From Podarcis melisellensis (taxonomy: Eukaryota): a stretch of DNA of 64,000 bases. The DNA lies in assembly GCA_964234715.1 (NCBI GenBank), contig OZ174277.1; one strand, 5' to 3'. This document shows, one piece after another, positions 45,710-58,803 of this stretch (position 1 is the first letter of the stretch; every line of letters begins with the position of its first letter). A program made the translations under genes and the position numbers. The notes under the pieces were generated by a model. The model had not been told where the DNA came from, made no database searches, and saw nothing but the letters and a program-made list of their open reading frames with translations.

Positions 45710-46230
45710 CATACCCTCCAACATTTCTCCAATGAAAATAGGGATGTCCTATTCCATAACAACATCAACAGTTTTAGTAGTTGAGTAGTTTCCAACAACT
45801 ACCACTCTGGGTGGCTTCCAACAAATATAAAAACATAATAAGACATTAAACATTAAAAACTTCCCTATACAGGGATGCCTTCTAAAGGTTGTACAGTGGT
45901 ACCTCAGGTTACAGATGCTTCAGGTTACAGACTCCGCTAACCCAGAAACAGTATCTCAGGTTAAGAACTTTGCTTCAGTATGAGAACAGAAATCGTGCAG
46001 CAGCAGCGCGGCGGCAGCAGGAGGCCCCAGAATGGATTAAGTTCTTAACCTGAGGTACCACTGTATAGATACTTATTTCCTTGGTTCATCTCCTTACCAT
46101 CCGACATTTCCCTGATGAAAATAGGGACTTCCTAAGGAAAAGTGGGACATTCCAGGATCAAATAAAAAACCAGGATAGCTTCTGAAAATCCACGTCTGTC
46201 CCTGGAAAATAGGGACACTTGGAGGGACTG
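45710..46230. mobile_element. Composite hAT-like MITE containing an L2 fragment and the nested Mariner MITE
   Basis: Ends cataccctccaa / ttggagggactg; the terminal block ..acattt..gatgaaaataggga.. is repeated at ~45710 and ~46095. Confidence 0.6.
45894..46063. mobile_element. Tc1/Mariner-type MITE, internally deleted
   Basis: Same TIRs and TA TSD; opposite orientation to the 17885 copy. Confidence 0.88.
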
Positions 46231-46394
46231 TCATTGTGCCAGAACACTTTAATGCGCTCTAATTGAGCAAACCTAAATTTCTGATATGTGATTCCATAAC
46301 TCCTGCAAGATACTGAGAGAGGTGATCTAGATAAATATGTCTCACTTTTCAAGGACTAAGCCCTCCCAAAGTGACTGACAATAGAACACCAATA

Positions 46395-48096
46395 GGGCTT
46401 CCGGGTTGGCGCCATCGCCGAATGGCGGACTCCCTCCGAGCTCCGGAGGGAGCCTGCTCGGCAGGGGCTGGGTCCTACCGCACCGGCGATGCGGGGACCC
46501 TTAAAAACCACGGCCACGGAGGCCGTGGACATGGAGACTCGGCTGGCACCGCTAGCGCCCTCCCGACTCGTGAAGGAGCCTTTTTAAAGGCTACGGATCG
46601 GGTGCCGGGGAGAAGCGTGGTGCTTTGAGTCCACCGCTATCCCTGCCGAGCGAAGCCGCATGCCATCCGGCGGAGAGCGCTGACTTCTTCCATTGAGAAT
46701 TCGGATTTTAACAACAACCCGTGAGTAATTTGGAAACCGGGTTTAAAAGGAGAGGAAAAAAAAAGAATTTTTTTTCGGATTTGGCACGAGCGGGGGGGGA
46801 TCCAAAAAGGAAGTCAGTCCCCCCCCCCCCCACTGTAAACCTTCCAAAACAAGGACTGGGAAACCAAGGTCCAAAAAGAATTGGATTGCTGATAAAAACT
46901 AAGAATTCCACGATGGGAAACTACAAGAACTGTGCTGGAGGAAGAATGGAGGGAGAAGGAAAACGTAAACCCCCCCCCCTGGGAACCGGGGTGATTGAGG
47001 AGAGAGCCTGGCGAAAAGCGAAGGAGATTTTGACAGCTGTCAAAGTAGCTGTCAAAGTCGGAAATTCGAAGAGGATTTTAGTACGAGGACTTTGCTGGTT
47101 AATTTTGTTACAATTTGTTACAATCTGTTAAAACTTGGATACAAAATGGCGAAAACATGGATAACAATCGGACTTTTGGATTAGAGAAAACAAAGTTACA
47201 ACAACCCCCCTAGAGGAGTTTCGGGACATTACAAAGAAGGTCGTAAGTGGAAAAATACCATCGGAATTTTACAGGACTGGTTATCTTCTGGGAAAGCTGC
47301 AAAACGGAAACAATATTGTGTCTACAGGGTGTTCAGCTAAAGGAGACAATAGAATTTTCTGTTGAAGAAAGGAAGGGACTGAACGCAAGTTTTTGTTCCT
47401 GAATAACAATAACCCCTGCAGACTTACTAAACTTCTGAATTAGAACGTTTTAGCAGCGGAACAAGAGGAAACTGGACTATAACTTGGAAAGAACAATAGG
47501 GGGAGTCTTATTAAAAGATTTGAAGTTAAATGGTTTTAAAATAATTTTAAAAATAATTATAAAAAGAAAAAGCCAACAAGGAGTTGGGGGAAAAATGTGA
47601 CTTATGGATTTTAAGAATTCCAGGCAGACAACAAGGATCAGGGGGAAACTAAACCGGGGACGGGGGGGGGGGGGAGAAATAGAATCCAAAGGCTTGTCAA
47701 CTATTTTCTGGATTGGCTTTTTTGTTTATCTATTATATTCTTTTCTTATTTCTTATTTTTTTATATTTCTATTGTGTGGGGTGTCTTTATCATCAAAAAA
47801 AGGGAAATTGTGGAACGGAAAGGGGGCGGGCCCTGTGGAGAGAATTTTTGTTTTCTATTAAGTGTATTGATGAGGATTGTATAAATTTAAATCTAAATTT
47901 GACTAATGGTTTAAACAAACTAAGTCTTAATTTGAATTGAGAGCTTGTAGAACCAACAATATGATAGGGGAATATGGTAGGGGTGGGGGAAGGAGGGAGT
48001 CCCGGAAAGTGGGTATATGAAAATAAGGCTTTGAATGTACTTTAACCTTTTCTTTCTGTATTTCTGAAAATCTTAATAAATATTATTATAAAAAAA
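46395..48096 (+). mobile_element. Non-autonomous L1-type retroelement (HAL1-like), 1.7 kb, 5'-complete
   Basis: 18-bp TSD gacaatagaacaccaata (46377-46394, 48097-48114); CpG-rich 5' end with CTTCCGG and ATGGCGG; AATAAA 48075-48080 and an A-rich tail; no long ORF. Confidence 0.8.
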
Positions 48097-50136
48097 GACA
48101 ATAGAACACCAATAATATATATATTGAAAGGAATAAAAATCCAGCAGAAAACTAAAATACATATATATGTCCAAATTGACTGACTTATGTAAGCTGTCTA
48201 CTCTTTCATGTACAGTGTATGTTCAGTTTTCAAAACCCAAAAACAAGTATTTATTTCTTCCACTGTGAGAGAGAAGGAGAGATAGAAAAATGGTCACTGC
48301 ATCCCATCAAGCAGGGACTTGCCATAAAAGCCCCATGGCACAATGTTTTTGTTGATTTTTAAGGCAAATAAGTTAATTCTGATGCTGATAGCAAACTCCT
48401 AAAATTATCAGCATATTACCGTAATTGCAGGAGTTTCTTCAATGACAAAGGTTGTAATCCACAAAGTCCACTATTTCTTCCTAGCAGCAGTTCCCATGTC
48501 AAACTAGACACCAGTAATGAGAAAACATGCACTGCTGGGGGGGAAATGCACCAAAAAGAACAAAATGTTACACCAACCCTTTGATATTTTAATGGAATGG
48601 TGTGGAAGAACATATTGTCATCTACCGCAAGCTCCAACATGTCTATGAAGGAGGTTCCATTTCCGTCCTGAGCTGCTGCTCTGCCTGATGCAGATATGTT
48701 ATGAACAAATGGTGCAGTAGGTGGGTGTTGCGTGTATTTATCCATACACAAAAGACAGGTACAATTTGACACTGCAGTTCTGTTGTCCACAGAGACAATC
48801 TGCGCTTGCAAGCTAAGAACTACTTATTAACACTGAGGGGGAAATGTAACGCCGCCTACACAGATCGTTTTCAAGTCAGATTTCCATATACTATGCCTCA
48901 TTTATTTACTTATATATTACATTTCCACCCAGCCTATTTGTAAAACAACACAACACAACAACAACAACAACAAAACCCCTCGGTATGGCATATAGTTGGG
49001 GGGGGGGGAGAAACAATTTTAATAATTAGCAATTTAGAATACATTAAAAAACCAGCATTCAAAATGAATATCCCAATTAAAAACTAATTCAAGATATGTA
49101 TCTCACAGCTTTCATTCATCTTATAAAACCTTCTTATATAAAAACATGTTGCAGCATCGGAGGGGAGGAATCTGCATAATTGGGCTCTGGTAGAAGTATG
49201 TCTCTTGGAAAGGAGTTCCATAATTGTGAGACCAGCACAATGATCACCGTAATACTCGCTGATTTGTATTCCAGTGCACAGAGGATACATTTAACAGAGA
49301 TCTTAGCCATTCTTACAGTATAATCCTACACATGTCTGCTCAAAAGTATGTCCCATTGAACTCAAATGTTGAAAGGATTTCAGCCTTAAAAATGTTTACA
49401 AGATGAGAGTTTAGCTAAAGGTATGCAGGACCAGGGCCATTTAGAACTTTGTAGATGGTCCTCAGAAGCTAGTTCAGTGATTGAAAGCACTGGTCTTACA
49501 TGATCTGCCCAACCTACCAGTATCAGATGAGGAGCCACCACATTATCACTAACTGGAGCTTATTGAATGCTCTTTCTCAGTAATACAACAATGATATTCT
49601 TGGGTGGCCTAGTTCACCATGAAGAACAGGAGGTGTAACTATCCTCCCTACCCCCACAATACATGCGGACAATATGTCCAAAGTCAGGCTCTGTGCATAA
49701 AATTAAATGTGCAAAGACCTCAAATGAATAGTTGATTCCCCAGAAAAGACCTGGAGAATTTATCATGCAGTTGAAACCCATGTATATTTGACACTAATTG
49801 CATAGGCAGAGCTTGGATATGTCACCCCCAGATTACTACCAATACTAACACCAATACTACGAGTATTATTGCTCTGTGCCTTGGTAGCTTGGTATACTAT
49901 GGGATTCCACAGGACTCTATTTATTCCCTCAGGTTGTTTAACAGGTTGTTGCTTAGAAGCAGACCAAGGTGTCATCAATACACAGAAGGCACCTAGCTCT
50001 ATCTCCCTTTTTCATTAATTCCAGGTGGATGCTCTAATCAGTGCTTGGACACAAGTGTGAACTGAATTAACTTTTTGAATGGTTCAGAGAAGTGTTAATG
50101 AGCAGTATAGAAATGTTGCAAACAAATTAATAAACA

Positions 50137-50270
50137 CATGTGACTCTTAATCTCAGGGTCCTGGGTTTGAGACCCGTTCTGGGCAAAAGATATCTGCATT
50201 GCAGGAGGTTGGGCTAGATGTCCCTCGTGGTCCCTTCCAACTCCACAATTTTACGATTTTATGATTCTAC
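50137..50270 (+). mobile_element. tRNA-Lys-derived SINE with CR1-type tail
   Basis: gactcttaatctcagggtc..ggttt anticodon/T-arm remnant followed by gtcccttccaactc..(attctatg)-like tail. Confidence 0.7.
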
Positions 50271-52719
50271 ACCAGAGAAGTAGTCCACCCCATAGAGTAT
50301 GTTCTACTTCGTTGGTTCTGTAAACAAATGGAGTTACATGGACAACAGAAAAAACAAAACCAGTCTGTTTCTGTGAATTTGGCCTTACTGGTAGAGAAAG
50401 AACCTCATTTGTTCCATCACTTTAACACAAACTGTTCACTTTCTGAAATAATGCGCAAGATCCTTCTCAAATCTGGTGCCCTCCAGATCTTGCTGGACTC
50501 CAACTCCCAACATTTCTGACCACTGATCACGCTGGATGGGGCTGATGGTGAGAAAGACTGGCAACATCTGAAGGGCATGAGGCTGGGGGCAGGCTGATGT
50601 AGAATAACTGGGCAGAACTCTTAACCATTTTTTTTTTCCTAATTTTGGAAACAAGCTGCTGAAGATCCTGACAACAGTGACCTACTTTAATGGCAATCAG
50701 TGGCACACACACAGTCGTCATGCTCTGATGATAAGCTAAAAAGGTGCAATCTTTTCCTCCCAATACCCAAGCACCATCCTCCACAACAACTAGGAGAGAA
50801 AATCATTAGTGCTATATGACTTCATACCACAAAAAGCTCTTTAATGCTGAATGAGTCTTGCTTCTACTGCTGCAAGTCATGGCAGAAAATAGCTGGCATT
50901 AGTGCTTGTCTTTCAAGCAGAGCATGTTTCTAAATACAAGGTGAACCAAAATATGATTCTGGAGCCATAATATTCCGATGAGAAAGATGCTTTGTAAAAC
51001 TTGCATAGTAAAAGAAGACTCAAGCAGCAAATCCTGGTTACTAAATTTATCTCAGCAGGATTGATGCAGACTTCTGTGCAGCCCAGGAGACCAAAATCTT
51101 TGCTTAACCAGTCAACCACAATACCTATGTTTACTGAGACCCATTGTTTGGAACACATATGACAGACACACATTTAAGATGTAACTGAAACTCTATCTCT
51201 CTCTCCCCCCCTCCACTAATGTTAATGGGTTGGGGCCAGACTTCCCATGAGCAGAATCCCACTCAAGAGATTCTTCTGCTGGAGATGTGGTGGTGGTGGT
51301 GGGGGGTGCCAAGTCCTCCTCCCTGCAGTCCCTGCATCCATGGAAAAGCTGCTCTCTGGAACAATGTGATAGGCAGCACTGGGAGTTCAGTGGGACAAGG
51401 GAGCCAGCAGAAATCACATCTCTCTCCTCCAGTGGGGAGAATCTGCTAGATCTCACTCATTTGGGCGAGTGAAAGGAACCTTTCCTTTTGAAGACTGGCA
51501 AGTCTGAATCTAACCCAAGGTTTGTAGAATTTGAAATGTTCTGATGCATCCTGATAAAACATTAACCATATGAGGTGTGCAGTTAACTTGGTTATGGTAA
51601 TGTTCTGTACCCAAGCCAACACTGAATTTATGGTAGTTCAAAATGGTGGCCCAATACCACCCAGGGTGAATTTTAGACTTGAATTCCCTGTTTGTAGGCA
51701 GCCCAGAAAATTGCTCAAATCAGTGGGGTGGTGGTATGAATTGCAACACTTGTGGCCTGCAATTTGTGTTTGTGTATGTGTGTATTCTTAGCTACACTTA
51801 AATAAATGAAGCCTATTTCTGAGTCAACATGCTTCCATTGTCTTGATAGTATTTCCCAACAAGTATGTATAGAAGCACAACTGTTCTACACAATCATTAG
51901 CCTGAATTCATGTTAAAAATAATGATATGCCAGATGAAGAAATGGGGGGAGGGAGATTGCTCAGCATAAATGCTTACAAGCAAGGGATGTGCTTTAGCAA
52001 AAGCTTTCATAAAATGTTTTGAAACTATTTTTATCTTCAATCTCATGAGTGAGCTTAATATCTCAGCCTGGGTGCATTGAATAATATCTGCTGGTAGTTC
52101 ATTCACTTGACACACTTTTCAGACTAACTGTTTCACTTCTGCAGATCTCAGGGCAGTGCCTTGATCACAGTGAGGTTGGTCATGTGTGTCCTTCAAATAT
52201 ATTTTTTCAGAGCCACAGTTCAAAAGCAAAAAGAACAAAGAAACATCTTAAAGCAGTATTGGGAGAAAGGAATTACATTTATGTCCTTCTATCCCACAGC
52301 ACATTCTGTCCACCGCTTTATGTTTTTTTTAAAGTCATATTATTTTCAGGCCCCTGCAGTGGTGTCACAGATTTGAAAGGGTCTCTCTGGAAAATGAAAG
52401 ATAAGGGTGTTTGTTTTTTTTAAGTGAAAGGGATGGTTTCAGTGACATGGGATTAGAAGTAAACTTTCTTTCTTCCCCTTCCTTCCAATCACTGAATAGA
52501 TAACAAAACACCTATCAAGTATAACAGCAATAAATAGCTAATCTGTGTTTATGTATGTTATTTATGTTTCCCTAAGACTTTACTTTTACTTGGTTATGTT
52601 GGTTGTGGCATTGCATAAATGGAATGAAAAATTGCCTGAAGCTGCTTCATTTATAACTCAGGGTGTAATCACTTTTGGTAAGTGGAATTGCTTGGAATGG
52701 AAGCACAGATGAAGGAACC

Positions 52720-52868
52720 TGTTATGTACTGAGTCGAATAGGATCCAAACTGCAGCAGTCTGATTGGTCCTAGAACAATAGGCTCCAAAAGGCAGCAGTC
52801 TGATTGGTCCTAGAACAATAGGCTCCAAAAGGCAGCAGTCTGATTGGTCCTAGAACAATGCAGCAGTA
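52720..52868 (+). repeat. LTR U3 fragment with 3 x 40-bp tandem repeats
   Basis: Starts tgttatgtactgag; unit aatagg(a/c)tccaaa..gcagcagtctgattggtcctagaac at 52737, 52777 and 52817, each with an inverted CCAAT box. Confidence 0.7.
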
Positions 52869-53099
52869 AGGCTTTATAATTTTAGGATGAAAAGAACTAA
52901 GGTGAGAAATCAGAAGTAAAATAAGTTAAACGTTTTTAGTAACTTAAATCCACGGAGCATAGATTTTTCTTTTTTCTTTTGCTAAGGTGCAGAAGTGAAG
53001 GTGGCCACACAGACTTCCTATTATTATGTAGCAGTTTCTAGCCAACATGAAAACAAGCCCATACTGCTGAAATAATTAGTCCCTTGTTGGTGACAGATA

Positions 53100-53281
53100 C
53101 AGTGGTACCTCGGGTTAAGTACTTAATTCTTTCCGGAGGTCCGTACTCCACGCCACCAGAGCCCAATTTCTGTTCTTATCCTGAAGCAAAGTTCTTAACC
53201 TGAAGCACTATTTCTGGCTTAGTGGAGTGTGTAACCTGAAGCGTATGTAACCTGAAGCGTATGTAACCCGAGGTACCACGG
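53100..53281. mobile_element. Tc1/Mariner-type MITE, internally deleted
   Basis: ta|cagtggtacctcggg ... cccgaggtaccacgg|ta. Confidence 0.88.
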
Positions 53282-55760
53282 TACAAGTTATCGCTGGCAG
53301 TTAAGATTATTGCTGAAGAGGAGCAGTAGTAGTATCAAATGATGGTGTACAGAAGGAGGAAGACTATCTGGAGTCAAATGAAAGAAGCATATCTTCCCTG
53401 AGTGGGAAGGAAACACAGAGATGAAATGTGGAGAATAGAGAAACTACAGACTGCACTTTCTCCTCCTCTCCCTACAGAACCAGTTACTAGACAATGTAGA
53501 CCCAAATTTAGAACTGGGCTGTTGTGATAGACTCAGATGGACAGGCACTGTTTGGATGTGAAACTTTATAAAGGTTAATGGATGGGAAACTCAAGCAGGC
53601 ACAGATCCAGAAAGTGATGCATTATCTCTTCGCTGAAGTGAGATATATTTTATTTATCCAGTTTCTGCCTTCGAAAATGTTAGCTTCCCTTTTAGAGACC
53701 AGCATTAGGTTGACTGATGAAGACTGATAAGCATACCCCTAAGTGCATGATCCAGGAATGACTCAGCTTGGCCTGGAGTCTACTGGACTTGCTTAGATAT
53801 CTAATGCGGCTTGATATAATATAGTCTTGGCAACATACTTTTGACTAAGCACATACACTCCAACAGGCCTTGGGGAATGTGCAAATCTATAGAGGATTTT
53901 GTACAAAATCTCCCTTCACCTCCACAACAACCTATATGCACCACTCATAGCAGAGGGAAACTGAGCAACAGATAAATGGAGACTGAAGCAACACTTTCTT
54001 TCTGCTGCTCCTCAGCTGATCTGAAGGAGGGAATCCCATGTCAACAATAGGCTGCATGTGGCCTGTAAGCTCACCTCTCAATGAGTCAAGGGATGAAGGC
54101 AGTAGCAGCCAATGTGGTAGATCATTACCTCCCAACACCTCTATTGCCTCAGCTTACGTGTATGATACTAGGTTTAGGGCAGCGCTGGGGTGATGTTGGG
54201 ACTGTGCTAATGCATAGGTGGAAATTCTGGATAAGTTCTGCAAGTACATCTGAGCAGCCCAATCTCGATAGCCTATGCTTCAGATCTAGGAAACCTGAGC
54301 AACACTGAGGACGGGAGGCTGGATGACTGTGTGGTGGGGTAGCACCACAGTAGCTGTTGAGAATGTGATATCGGTTGGAGAATACACAAAATGCATTTGA
54401 GATATGTACATTTCCCAAAACCTCCTGGAGAGTACTCAGTGGGCCAGAGATTCAGCTAAGTTGTCACACTAGTAGAAGCCAGTGCAACAATAACAGCACT
54501 TGGAGGAGGAGAGGGAAAACCATCCCATCAGTGCAAGTAGACTCATTGCGCTACATTGAATTTCACCCAATATGCCTAGAAAACCCAATGCTAACCCTAA
54601 ACAATGCAAAGAACTCAGTTATACATCCAGTTACATCACAGTAGGTCTTTTACCAATTTCTCTTAGGCTGCCAACCCTACATTCTATGCAAGACCAGGCC
54701 TGGAGGAAGTCAAAAGAGATTTACAGCAACACTGTTCAGATTATCATGCTTGGATAAATTCAAGATTTAAATTGTTATAAAGCAAGCTGTTCACTCTGTT
54801 GTTGTGACTATGTATTCAATCCCCATAATAATTACAGCAATGTATCAGCACAGGCCACATACCAAATACCACCCCCTCTCACCCCCTTTTGTGTTGATAT
54901 GATATGATATACCCTCAGTAAAAACCAAGCCCCCCAAGAACTCCCACCCCCTGTTTTGTTATGATTTTCTCAGGGTAAACTTACCTTCCTCAAAAAACTT
55001 TAAGGCAAGTTTTGTATATCATTCTAAGAATAGCTCCTCAGAAAGTGGCCTTGGGCAGTATTGTCTCTTGGAGAGCATGATGTCTTTTCTCTTTGACACC
55101 CAACATTATTATTTATTTATTATTTTTACCTACAAAAAATATTTGCCTGCGGACAATTACATGCATGCACCTGTGTCCTTCGCTGAGAGCAGTCGCCTTC
55201 GTGGGTCCATCTGAGTTTTGCATCCCCCATTCTAATCTGTCTTTTTTCAGCAAGACATTTGTTATCACTGCGGTCACTGTAATCATGACAGACCACTGCA
55301 ATGGCAACATGTGCACAGAGGTGCCTTTTCAATGTTCTCAATCTCCGGCAAGCCCCAAATAACATCATCCCACATGTCAGGTTTTAAATTACCATTTTCT
55401 GCTAGCAAATTTAACAGATCTCATATAGTAGCAGCAAACGTGCCATTTCATGTTTTGTGGAAACAAGATTATCAGCAAGGTTGAATGGTTTGACTCTTGG
55501 ATATACTAAAAGATTAAATTGCAAAAGGCAACCTATTGTAAGCACATTTATTTTGGATATACTCGAACTCTCATAGCATCACTATAGTTTCTTATTATCG
55601 ACAATGGTTAAGTGGTGGCTCCTTTTTTAAGCAAAGGAATCTTCATCTTTGTGTGGATACATAGGGTTGTGTGTGTGTGTTTTAGAAGTTGCATAGATAC
55701 TTTATTTTCTGTTTCTATTAAGCGTCTAACAATAAATAAATACTACAACAACTGCCACTA

Positions 55761-55986
55761 CAGTGGTACCTTGGGTTACAGACACTTCAGGTTACAGATG
55801 CTTCAGGTTACAGACTCTGCTAACCTGGAAGTAGTACCTCGGGTTAAGCTCTTTACCTCAGGACGAGAACAGGAATCACGGCAGTGGGAGGCCCCATTAG
55901 CTAAAGTGGTACCTCAGGTTAAGAACGGTTTCAGGTTAAGAATGGACCTCCAGAACGAATTAAGTTCTTAACCCGAGGTACCACTG
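55761..55986. mobile_element. Tc1/Mariner-type MITE
   Basis: ta|cagtggtacct ... aggtaccactg|ta. Confidence 0.9.
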
Positions 55987-58141
55987 TACTTCCACCACTA
56001 CCACCACTCCAACGTTGCATTAGCCTCTGGGTCCAGACCCAAAGAAGATAGAAGCACACTTAGTTGTGTAGGTGGTATAACAACGTTGCTTCTCTGTCTC
56101 CCCTGATATGACAGTGAAAAAGAGGCCTGGAAAGAAGGAACCTATGGACTATCTATTGCAGTAAGGAAACTTTTGGTAACAGGAGAAGAAGAAACAATGG
56201 CAGCTCTGTCTGAAACAAATGGCTCATTGAAAGTATTCAAAACCAGACAAACACCCACGGCCCAGTTTCGACTAAGCCATACAAGGAGTACTTTGCCTCT
56301 TGATAGCAGAAACATCTCCTGGCTTTCTGGAGCTGTGGTTTGAGGAAATAAATCTATGAGCTTGCCATTGTGCATGGAGCAGCAACCGGAATAATTTGAT
56401 CTAGGCTAAAACCACACATTGCTGCTCCACTGATTCCCCCACTTCCCCAAGGATGCAGATACTTAGGACTGCAGGCATACTTCGCTTTATTGCACTTCAC
56501 AGATATAGCTCCTTATGGGGATGCAGCTGCACCTGCAAGCAGCCCAGCTGCTTCTCAGGGAAGGAAGCCCCACTGCCCCTCTTCTGGCCATGGAAGTGTA
56601 TTTCCCTATAGGTCTTCAGCCTTAGATATTGTGAAATGAGTTCCTCTGCATTTTGTGATATTGTGAACTGAATTTTTCCTCTGCATTTCCAATTTCTTTT
56701 GGCCACATTCTATTATTGATCATACTTCACAGCAATCAGCTATTACCTAAGGTAAAAAAATCATTAATATGCTGTTTATGTTGTTTTTGAGGTCATTAAC
56801 AGAGATATTAAATAACTTCCTGTCTTGGCAATCATCTCTGAGCCATCCCTTTCAATGCCTCCTCTCAACCTTGTATGTTGTTTATTATTTCTGTAGAGTC
56901 TTTTAATCTCATTTTTCCGTGAGCACGATCACAAATAATGCCAATTATAATATGCAATTGAAGATCTGAAAGGATAGAGAACCAATTGCTGCATAGAAAC
57001 CCCAAATATATTATGTATGCATTATTCCACACATCCATTAATTTTGCAGTTGCATTCAAAAAGTAATCTAAACTGCACAATGAGGTGTTTTTTTTTTAAA
57101 AAAAATAATAAACCCTGTTGCCTACAATTATGTGAACATTGAGGTAGGAAATTTAAGCCTGCAATCCTATTCAGCTCCTTGTGAGTAAACACTATCCATG
57201 CCACCTAGTGCTGGAGGAAAATTTTGTTTGGTCCATAGTTATTAAGAGAGTTGACTCAGTTCACACCCTCTGAACTAATACAGTTTGGAACAATTATCAG
57301 ATTTCACACTTCTATAAATTTTGTGACACAGTTCTTGGCTCATATTGAAATACAACCTTGGTATGGAATTTTTTTAAAAAAAAAATTATAAGATTCAGGC
57401 AGAATCGGGACCAAACAGACTTAAAAGGAGCACATGTGAAGTTGACATGGACTAGAAACTGACTGATTTGCTCATATCTAATCCCATTCCATATATATAT
57501 AGGATGCATGTTGGCTGAAAATGTAATTTTCAAATGTAAGATTTTGAAGCTTTGTAAAAAATACAACATTCTGATTTTCTTCAGTGAACCAAGTCTTTTC
57601 AAAACCAATTAGCAGTGGCTATAGCCAAGTAAATATGCAAGAACCTAGAACATATTTCATCCAGACATAATCAGGTACATCTGTATTACATGCACCTTAA
57701 CTGGCTGAAAATATGTTTTACAGACTTTTCTCTTTTTCAGCTGCAGTAGTGCTATGAATCTGACCCCTAGGGCTTGCCAACAAAGTATTTGGAGCACTGG
57801 TATCCAAATTTAATTTGAACTCATTTGTAAAATGAGGTCAGCATCTCAGCTACAAAGAGCAATTATTTATTTCTTCTTCCTCTGCTACTTAATGGAGCAG
57901 CTTTCTTCCCAATATTGTTTTCTCTCTCTTGAATCAGTTTAAAAGTTACATTTGATTAAAAATTATGTTTTTGGAAGAAGGCATCTAAAATAATTCCATC
58001 CTCTAAATTTTGATATTACCTGTAACTGCTAAATTTCCAAAACAATTAGCACATAATACACCAACACTCCCATGATGTATATATGTATATATGTATATAT
58101 GTATATACATTTATCATGTATTTGTGTATGTATATGTATAT

Positions 58142-58803
58142 GGGGTGTTAGGGGAGCGGTAGTACCTCTTGTGGGGACATGTCATGCTCTTGTGGGGTAG
58201 TTTGTCACCTTTGGTCCCCACCCTGCACTCAGCTCTCATCCGTGGCTCCTAGAAGATGTCAGCATGTGACAGCAAATACAAGCTGGGAATGGCTTTGACT
58301 GGCCAGCTAAACCAGGTGAAGGCAGCTGATGGTGAATTATGGACTTCCCCTGCATGCAAAAACAGGCTTCAGTGGATTGGTCTCCAGACAAGAACAGTGG
58401 GTTCAACAAGGCAGTTTCTGCACAAGTTGTAGAGGGAAGTGAGGGTCAGATGGGGCCTGTTTCCATATAGAACAAGGAAAATTCTGATCCTAAACCTTCA
58501 CTGCTTTGCAGGATATCCTTGGAAGAAGGAAAGGCTAAGGAGTAAACCTGAGACAAATCTGGAGTGAAGTCCCTAAGATGGTTGGATGGCGCCTTGAACA
58601 CCTCCTTCCAGCAACTGCTTCCTGCAGTCATGCTGGTGCAAAACATATTGCTCTGCTTTCCTTCAAACTACATCAGTGAAGCCAAGAGGAAGGCAGCCCA
58701 GGACCTCCATACACACTGCCCAGGCTTGCACACATTGGAAGGTCACATTGGTGCTGCTAGCACAGCAGTTTGACTTCACCCCTGAGATGTACTCCATTGT
58801 CTC
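58142..58803 (+). mobile_element. 5' region of a non-LTR element (Vingi/RTE-like), copy 2, longer and more decayed
   Basis: Shares ggggtagtttgtc..ctttggtccccaccctgcactcagctctca..gtggctcctagaa..gctaaaccaggtga with copy 1; carries an aaggaaaattctgat 5'UTR motif; no ORF. Confidence 0.6.

Noticed and set aside
52737-52868. 40-bp repeats as a CRISPR-like array
   Set aside because: Head-to-tail with no unique spacers; eukaryotic LTR enhancer-type repeat.
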